From Candidatus Nanopusillus sp. (GTDB lineage Archaea; Nanobdellota; Nanobdellia; Nanobdellales; Nanobdellaceae), in contig JAPWTW010000002.1 of NCBI GenBank assembly GCA_028275885.1, forward strand, positions 1 to 32,000: a stretch of 32,000 nucleotides of DNA, read 5' to 3'. Under the pieces are notes generated by a model, which saw only the letters and a list, made by a program, of their open reading frames with translations, had not been told where the DNA came from and ran no database searches. Below, piece after piece: positions 25,459 through 32,000 of the stretch. The position numbers and the translations under genes were made by a program. Position 1 is the first letter of the stretch, and each line of letters begins with the position of its first letter.

Positions 25459-27993
25459 ATGAAATTATTAAAGATAGCTATATTTGGATTAATGGTTATT
25501 TTAATATCAAGATTTGTATATTCTCCATGGTATGCCATTACTATAACAAATACTCAATCTCAAGCAACGCCAGCACCTTTCCAACAAGATATTGCAATAT
25601 GTAATGGTAGTATTAATATAGGTCCTAATTTTGCATATATAAATAATCCAACATTATTTAATCAAATAAATTCAAATGGACAAAATGTATATTTTACAAC
25701 AACTTATAATGGTGCTCCAAATATATATTCATGGTATGAAGGTCAATTAAATTATAATGGAGTTATATGTGATGTTTGGTGGATAAATATACCCAATGGT
25801 ATCCCTGCTAATAGTAATATTGTGATTTATATGGCAGTTGGAAGTTATAATACAAATTATTATTCATTATATTATCCATATGTTGGTGTTTCTCCTCAAG
25901 TAGATCCTTCTAGACAATATGATAATGGAAAATATGTATTTATAGCATATGGATATTTTAATAATACATTTGATAATTGGACAGGATATATTTATTATGT
26001 AGGATCCTGGTCTCCTACAGCAACTTTATATGGTATTAAAATGTTTAATGAAACTCCTGCAACTACATATATTTTGCCTCCAAATAATTGGAATATTCCT
26101 AAAATACCTTTAATTGTTGAAGAAGCTTGGCATTATACTTATGGTGGGGATGCAAATGTAATAGCATTGTTTGGAAATACAAACCAACAAATTCTAGCTT
26201 ATATTATTGGATCTACTAGTGGTTTTGCTCCAGTATCTAATTTATCTACATTTGTACAATTTCAGTATGCTTATGGAGCGAGTCCTCCTTATTCTCAAGC
26301 AGCTCTATTAAAGTCTGCAGTAACAAATCAATATTTAAATTATACATCTTTTCCAACATCTGGAGGAACAGTTTATTCATATTTAATAGTTAATTCATCT
26401 TATGCACAAACAGGATATTATATTTATAGTTCTAGTCGGGTATGGGTTCCATTAACATTATTAAATACATATAGTATAAACTATAATGGATATACATATT
26501 ATAATTTAAATTATAATCCATTTCAATATGGTACATTAGAAATTGGTGCGGGAACAGGTGCTCCGGGAAATGTTGGAATTACTCCATATCAATATGTAGA
26601 ATGGGTAATTGCTAGAGCATATCCTCCAAATGGTGTAATGCCTGCTGTACAACTCCTAGTTCCTATTTCGTCTGTTCAATTAAATCCCTCCAGTTCTTCC
26701 ATAGTTTGTCAAGGTACTCAAACACAATCTACAGTAACTGCTAATTTAGATAATCCAACTGGGCAATCTACAACAGTTACTTTTTCTTGTTCAGCGCCTT
26801 CTGGTATAACATGTTCATTTAATTCATCTTCATGTACTACTAGTGGATCTTCTTGTTCAGTAACATTATATGTAAATTCATCTCTAACAACGCCTCCAGG
26901 TTCATATTCAGTAACAGTAACAGCTTCAACTTCAGGATCTTCAGCATCAGCAACATATACATATAATATAGGTCCAAATATTTCAATATCATCTCAGCAA
27001 AGTTCAAACTTTCAAAATTCTTATAATATTTATATAACAGGTTGTTCTCAAAATTATACATTATATGTAAATAATTCTCTATATTGTTATGATTCATATT
27101 CACAATTTCAAAATATAAATGCTTTATGTACTGTTTCATATCCTGGAAGTTATTCTGTATATGCGCGGGGATGTTATAGTGGAACTTGTGTTAATTCAAA
27201 TACAATTAATTTAAATATACCTTCATCAGGAATAACAGTTCCAATTATAGGTATTAATGTCTTAAATATAACAAGTCAAAATATATATGTAACAATTTCA
27301 GTAAACGGATCAAATCAAAATATTCAATCAATAAACGTATATTATAATAACAATAATGTATATTCAAATAGTAATGTAAATACAAATTATTATTCATTTA
27401 ATTTACAATTACCATATTCAAATAATGGAAATATAACTGTATGTTCTACATTAACAAATGGACAATCCGGTTGTGTAACAGAAATATTTAATGTAAATGT
27501 AACTCAAACATATATTTATTATGGTATAATTCAATTGCAAGCAAAAGTCCAGCCAATAAATATAAATACTACATATGGACCAATTGGAAATAGACTTGAA
27601 TTTAGTTTAGACTATCCAGGATATATTTTAACATTAAATATAACAAATGTAGGAAATATAACATTAAATAATATTACAATAAATTTACAACAACTAGGAA
27701 ATGTACCAGAAATATTATATAATCAAATTCCAATACAATCATTAAATAATATAAATATAGATCAATTACAACCAAATCAATCATATATATTACAATTTAG
27801 TGTATTACCATTATATATAGGATCTTCTTCATTATTATTAAACTTTAATGTAAATAGACAAAATATTGGAAATGTTCAATATAATTTAATTGTAAAAGGA
27901 CCTTCGAATAAATCTTCATTAGTTGTATCAGAAAATATTAATTATATATTAATACTTGTAGGAATAATTGGATCAATAATATTTTTAATCTAG
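25459..27993 (+). CDS. large surface glycoprotein: signal/anchor, LamG/DUF2341-like N-domain, Ser/Thr/Cys-rich middle, C-terminal TM
   Basis: The leader is MKLLKIAIFGLMVILIS. The N-terminal region YAITITNTQSQATPAPFQQDI...VWWINIPNGIPANSNIVIYMAVG resembles DUF2341. An S/T-rich tract has paired Cys (TFSCSAPSGITCSFNSSSCTTSGSSCSVTLYV). There are dozens of N-x-S/T sequons, and the C-terminus is ILILVGIIGSIIFLI. Confidence 0.7.
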   Translation: MKLLKIAIFGLMVILISRFVYSPWYAITITNTQSQATPAPFQQDIAICNGSINIGPNFAYINNPTLFNQINSNGQNVYFTTTYNGAPNIYSWYEGQLNYNGVICDVWWINIPNGIPANSNIVIYMAVGSYNTNYYSLYYPYVGVSPQVDPSRQYDNGKYVFIAYGYFNNTFDNWTGYIYYVGSWSPTATLYGIKMFNETPATTYILPPNNWNIPKIPLIVEEAWHYTYGGDANVIALFGNTNQQILAYIIGSTSGFAPVSNLSTFVQFQYAYGASPPYSQAALLKSAVTNQYLNYTSFPTSGGTVYSYLIVNSSYAQTGYYIYSSSRVWVPLTLLNTYSINYNGYTYYNLNYNPFQYGTLEIGAGTGAPGNVGITPYQYVEWVIARAYPPNGVMPAVQLLVPISSVQLNPSSSSIVCQGTQTQSTVTANLDNPTGQSTTVTFSCSAPSGITCSFNSSSCTTSGSSCSVTLYVNSSLTTPPGSYSVTVTASTSGSSASATYTYNIGPNISISSQQSSNFQNSYNIYITGCSQNYTLYVNNSLYCYDSYSQFQNINALCTVSYPGSYSVYARGCYSGTCVNSNTINLNIPSSGITVPIIGINVLNITSQNIYVTISVNGSNQNIQSINVYYNNNNVYSNSNVNTNYYSFNLQLPYSNNGNITVCSTLTNGQSGCVTEIFNVNVTQTYIYYGIIQLQAKVQPININTTYGPIGNRLEFSLDYPGYILTLNITNVGNITLNNITINLQQLGNVPEILYNQIPIQSLNNINIDQLQPNQSYILQFSVLPLYIGSSSLLLNFNVNRQNIGNVQYNLIVKGPSNKSSLVVSENINYILILVGIIGSIIFLI

Positions 27994-28027
27994 AAAAATA
28001 TTAAAATTTTTTAATTATATTTTTTAG

Positions 28028-29935
28028 ATGGACTTAAATGAAAAAATAAAATTCTTTATTAATAAAGGATTCTTTTATGAATCTCAAAGTATATATGGAA
28101 GTAGATCTGGATTTTATGATTATGGATCTTTAGGTACATTATTAAAAAGAAGATTTGAAAATTTATGGAGAATATATTTTGGAAAATTATTTGATAATAT
28201 ATATGAAATACAACCTTCAGAAATAATGCATAAAAACACATTTATTGCATCAAAACATTTAGAATTATTTAATGATCCAATTGTTGAATGCAAAAATGGA
28301 CATAGATTTAGGGCGGATAAATTAATTGAGGAAAAATTAAATATTAAGGCAGAGAGTTTAACAATTGAAGAAATGAATAAGATATTTAATGAAGAAGTTG
28401 TTGTTTGTCCTGAATGTGGATCAAAATTATCAAATGTTAAATTATTTAATTTAATGTTTCCAATATATGTAGGACCTGTATATGATTTATTTTTAATTTT
28501 AGAGGAATTAAAAAGAAGATACGGTTTTTTAATGAAAAATTATAAAAAAATAAATGAAAGAGAGTTAAATTATATAATAAAAAACTATTTGAAAAATAAA
28601 AAGTTATATTCAATAAATTTAAATAATGAAAAATATATTTTTGATGAAAATAAAGAAATAATAATAAAAATTAAAAATGATGAATACTATGTTTATCCTG
28701 AAAATATTGAAATAAATGAAGAAGAAGAAAATTATTTAGAAATATTAGAATATGTTGAAGAAACAAAAATAGATTTTGATTTAGATGAATTATATAATTT
28801 AATAAAAAGTTATGTTGAATTAAAAAATAATGAAATGTTTTTAAGACCAGAAACTGCACAGGGTCCATATGTAAATTTCCCGATTGAAATAATAATTAAT
28901 AGATATAGATTACCTCTAGGATTATATGTAATTGGAAAGGCATTTAGGAATGAAATATCCCCAAGGAATGCATTATTAAGAATGAGGGAATTTACACAGG
29001 CAGAATTACAAATTTTCTTTGATTATTATAATAATCCATTTGAAAATGAATTTGAATTCTATAAAGATAAATATATTAATGTATTATTAGTAAAAGATAG
29101 GGATAAGAAATTACCATATATTGAAAAAAACTTAGAAGAAATATATAATGAAACGAATATAGATAAATTTTATTTATATTTTCTATATAAAGTATTTGAA
29201 TTTTATACAAACATATTAAAAATTCCAAAAGAAAGGATAAGATTTTATCAATTATCAGATAATGAAAAATCTTTCTACAATATGTATCATTTTGATATAG
29301 AATTATATTTAGATGAAATTGGATGGACAGAAGTTGGAGGAATTCATTTTAGAGTATTAAAATTTAATAGGGATATAATTGATAAGGTTGATGAAGAAAT
29401 AAGAAAAGATGTTGAAAATTTATTTATTGGAAATGAAATATATGTTGGATATGATCTATGGAATCATTTTATATTATCAAAAGATAGAAGATTTATATTA
29501 ACAAGACCAAATGGATCAAAATTTATTCCAGTTGAATTAGAATTATCTTTTGGAGTTGATAGAAATATATTTTCATTATTATTAATTAATTATGATGGAA
29601 GAATATTAAGATTACCAGATTATTTATCTCCAATTCAAATTGCAGTATTTCCATTATTAGAAAATAATGAAAATATGGTAAAAGTAGCAAAGGAAATATA
29701 TAACAAATTGAGGAAAAGATTTGATGTATATTATGATGAATCTGGAAGGATTGGTGTAAGATATAGAAGACAGGATGAAATTGGAACGTATTATTGTATT
29801 ACAATAGATGATCAAACATTAAAAGATAATACAGTTACAATAAGATTTAGGGATACAAAAGAACAGATAAGGGTAAATATAAATAATTTGGAAAAATTCT
29901 TTGAAGAAAAATTTGATATTTGGAAAATTTTATAA
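28028..29935 (+). CDS. glyS: glycyl-tRNA synthetase (archaeal/eukaryal alpha2 type) with large internal insertion
   Basis: Matching segments: YGSRSGFYDYGSLGTLLKRRFENLWR, ECKNGHRFRAD...CPECGS, FNLMF, RPETAQG, FRNEISPRNALLRMREFTQAELQIF, the C-terminal anticodon-binding segment GRIGVRYRRQDEIGTYYCITID, and TVTIRFRDT. Confidence 0.92.
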   Translation: MDLNEKIKFFINKGFFYESQSIYGSRSGFYDYGSLGTLLKRRFENLWRIYFGKLFDNIYEIQPSEIMHKNTFIASKHLELFNDPIVECKNGHRFRADKLIEEKLNIKAESLTIEEMNKIFNEEVVVCPECGSKLSNVKLFNLMFPIYVGPVYDLFLILEELKRRYGFLMKNYKKINERELNYIIKNYLKNKKLYSINLNNEKYIFDENKEIIIKIKNDEYYVYPENIEINEEEENYLEILEYVEETKIDFDLDELYNLIKSYVELKNNEMFLRPETAQGPYVNFPIEIIINRYRLPLGLYVIGKAFRNEISPRNALLRMREFTQAELQIFFDYYNNPFENEFEFYKDKYINVLLVKDRDKKLPYIEKNLEEIYNETNIDKFYLYFLYKVFEFYTNILKIPKERIRFYQLSDNEKSFYNMYHFDIELYLDEIGWTEVGGIHFRVLKFNRDIIDKVDEEIRKDVENLFIGNEIYVGYDLWNHFILSKDRRFILTRPNGSKFIPVELELSFGVDRNIFSLLLINYDGRILRLPDYLSPIQIAVFPLLENNENMVKVAKEIYNKLRKRFDVYYDESGRIGVRYRRQDEIGTYYCITIDDQTLKDNTVTIRFRDTKEQIRVNINNLEKFFEEKFDIWKIL

Positions 29936-29994
29936 TATTCTTCATGAGAAGGTAGTATTGAATAAATATAAAGTTCTATGAAATTATAAAGAAT

Positions 29995-31596
29995 ATGAAG
30001 AAAGTTGCCTTTATATCTCAAGAATTTGCAATTGATAAATTACCAACATATGCTGGAGGATTGGGAATTTTAGCAGGAGATCTACTTTATTCATCAAATG
30101 ATTTAAAATATCCAATATATGGTGTAACATTTGTAAATAAAAATGGATATGGAAAATATGAAATAAAAAATAAAGAAATAATATATGAAGAAGAAAGTTA
30201 TGATCCATTGGAATATTTTTTAGAAATTGAAGATAAATTTCATATAGATTTGAAAGATAAAAGGATATATTTTAAAGTATGGCAATATCCATTATCCCAT
30301 TCAAAATTATTCTTATTTGACACAGATTTACAAGAAAATGATCCAACTATAAGAAAATTAACCGGAAGATTATATTATGAAGAAAATGAAGAGGAAAAAT
30401 TATTAAAGGATTTATTGTTAGGATTGGGTGCATTAGAATTCTTTGAAAATTATGGAATAGAAATTGATAAATATCATTTAAATGAATCGCACGGAGGTTT
30501 TTTAGCAATAGAATTATATAAAAGATATAGGGATATAAATAAGGTAAAAGAAAAGGTTGTATTTACTACTCATTCAATTATTGCGGGTCATGATTCATTT
30601 GATTATAATCTAGTAGAAAAATATTATGATATTCCTGGAGAAATAAGAAATCTATCTCCAAATAAATTATCATTAACAAAAATATTATTTGAATTATCTG
30701 GATTTGTAAATGCAGTATCATATAAACACAAAATAATTACTGAAAGTGTATATAATAAAAAGATAGATTATGTAACAAATGGTGTATATCATTTAAGGTG
30801 GGTAAATAAAAAGATTGAATATTTATATGATACATATCTACATGGATGGAAAAACGAACCTGGAAAGTTTGCATATGCACAATCCATAAATAGGAAGGAA
30901 TTCATAAAAGTAAAAAATATTGTAAAAAAAGATTTAATAGATTATATAAATATAAATTCATATTCAAATAAAGAATTTAGAGAAGATAGAATATTAATTA
31001 CTGTAAAAAGAAGGTTAACTGAATATAAAAGATTTCATATGTTATTATGGAGATTGGAAAGATTTGAAGAATTGGATAAAAAATATAAAATACAATTTTT
31101 ATTATCGGGCTCATTCCATCCAAAAGATGAATTTGTAAAAAATACAATAAGATGGATTTTAGATATTATGTCAACATTAAATACCCCAATTGGATTGATA
31201 TTAAATAGAGGATATGAACAAGAAAGAACAATTTTAGCAGGTACAGATTTATTTTTACATCTTCCAAGACCACCATTTGAAGCTTCAGGTACTTCTTGGA
31301 TGAGAGCTGCATTAAATGGTACTCCTACATTATTTTCAAGAGATGGTTCTCCATTAGAAATAATAATTGATGATTATAACGGATGGTTCTTTGGAGAAAA
31401 TAATTATGATATAAATAAAAATACAGATGATAAAGATGTAGAAGATTTCTATAATAAGTTAGATTATGTATTAAACATTTATAGAAATAATTATGATAAA
31501 TATATAGATGTATCATTGAATGCAATAAGAACAATAGGTCCAATATTTAATACTTATAGATGTTTTGAAGAATATATTAGTAAAGCATATGGATGA
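29995..31596 (+). CDS. GT35 alpha-glucan (glycogen/maltodextrin) phosphorylase-like protein, short form
   Basis: Matching segments: FISQEFAIDKLPTYAGGLGILAGDLLYSSNDLKYPIYGVTFVNKNGY, TTHSIIAGHD, VTNGVYHLRW, and FEASGTSWMRAALNG (compare EASGTSGMKAALNG). Confidence 0.75.
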   Translation: MKKVAFISQEFAIDKLPTYAGGLGILAGDLLYSSNDLKYPIYGVTFVNKNGYGKYEIKNKEIIYEEESYDPLEYFLEIEDKFHIDLKDKRIYFKVWQYPLSHSKLFLFDTDLQENDPTIRKLTGRLYYEENEEEKLLKDLLLGLGALEFFENYGIEIDKYHLNESHGGFLAIELYKRYRDINKVKEKVVFTTHSIIAGHDSFDYNLVEKYYDIPGEIRNLSPNKLSLTKILFELSGFVNAVSYKHKIITESVYNKKIDYVTNGVYHLRWVNKKIEYLYDTYLHGWKNEPGKFAYAQSINRKEFIKVKNIVKKDLIDYININSYSNKEFREDRILITVKRRLTEYKRFHMLLWRLERFEELDKKYKIQFLLSGSFHPKDEFVKNTIRWILDIMSTLNTPIGLILNRGYEQERTILAGTDLFLHLPRPPFEASGTSWMRAALNGTPTLFSRDGSPLEIIIDDYNGWFFGENNYDINKNTDDKDVEDFYNKLDYVLNIYRNNYDKYIDVSLNAIRTIGPIFNTYRCFEEYISKAYG

Positions 31597-31641
31597 TGAA
31601 AGATATATACTGAAAGGTGATGAATTTTACCCATTCTGATT
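31591..31641 (+). ncRNA. candidate box C/D sRNA filling the spacer between convergent genes
   Basis: AUGAUGA (C, 31593-31599) - 10 nt - CUGA (D', 31610-31613) - AAG - GUGAUGA (C', 31617-31623) - 12 nt AUUUUACCCAUU - CUGA (D, 31636-31639). All four boxes are canonical. The C box overlaps the tandem TGA stops of the upstream gene, and the D box abuts the fen stop. Confidence 0.6.
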
Positions 31642-32000
31642 ATTTTCCAAAAAAAGATAATATATTTTTTTGACTACCTTTCTTATATGCATTTTTTAAT
31701 TCTTCAATAGCTTTATTTACTCTATCTTCTGAAAAATCATGCTCATCAATTAATATTTTTCTTATTTTTTCTTCATCAACTTCTCCAAACTTTATATCCT
31801 CTTTCTTTATTTCAATTATTGGTGGATCTTCAAAGAATTCTTCAAGTTCTTTCCAAGAAATTTCTTTATAATATTTTTCCCATCCAACATATTTAAACAA
31901 CCTTTCAGGATCGTCGCTATTTTTTACAAGTTCGTATGCAGTTTTTACTCCTATTCCAGGAATTCCATCAGGATTATAATCAGTTCCAATAATTAAAGCA
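31640..32000 (-). CDS. fen: flap endonuclease FEN-1, C-terminal part (gene runs off window end)
   Basis: The reading frame is open to the window edge and encodes ALIIGTDYNPDGIPGIGVKTAYELV (H3TH region). It ends with the PIP box QKNILSFFGK. The track's TTG 'start' at 31900 is internal. Confidence 0.88.
   Translation of the reverse strand, partial: ALIIGTDYNPDGIPGIGVKTAYELVKNSDDPERLFKYVGWEKYYKEISWKELEEFFEDPPIIEIKKEDIKFGEVDEEKIRKILIDEHDFSEDRVNKAIEELKNAYKKGSQKNILSFFGK

Noticed and set aside
28478-28831. Intein in GlyRS
   Set aside because: The insert does not begin with Cys/Ser/Thr after the junction, has no terminal His-Asn plus Cys/Ser/Thr, and shows no endonuclease (LAGLIDADG/HNH) motifs.

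Overview
This is a very AT-rich (about a quarter GC by eye), extremely gene-dense archaeal chromosome segment. The only GC-rich stretches are RNA genes, a pattern typical of thermophiles with AT-rich genomes. I support about 36 CDS, many with 1-4 nt start/stop overlaps.

**RNA genes**
- The 5' part of a 16S rRNA lies on the minus strand (1-364), followed by its GC-rich leader.
- Two small spacers between convergent genes look like box C/D sRNAs. One is preceded by an H/ACA-like hairpin.

**Protein genes recognised**
- Translation and RNA processing: ribosomal proteins eL41 (a 38-aa micro-gene missing from the ORF track) and eL33/L35Ae, exosome Rrp4-Rrp41, aEF-2, RNase J, GlyRS.
- DNA-related: FEN-1 (partial), a Cas4-like nuclease, an Lhr-type helicase reduced to its two RecA domains next to an MPE/PdeM-like phosphoesterase, and a fused NTase-HEPN protein.
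- Other enzymes and small proteins: an NFACT-R-only protein, a HIT-like protein with a degenerate histidine triad, two single-cluster ferredoxins, a Dph6-type PP-loop ligase translationally coupled to a class-I glutamine amidotransferase, and a GT35 glucan phosphorylase-like protein.
- Regulatory: a CBSx4 protein with a RaiA/HPF-like C-terminus.
- Envelope: a minimal type-IV-pilus-like locus, two large N-glycosylation-rich surface proteins, and a tandem triplet of uncharacterised 'PFLL-motif' membrane proteins.

**Interpretation**
The truncated or split-looking genes, the absence of biosynthetic genes and the divergent 16S suggest a reduced DPANN/Nanoarchaeota-like genome. This is inference, not verified.

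**Not seen**
I found no CRISPR array, tRNA, transposase or integrase.
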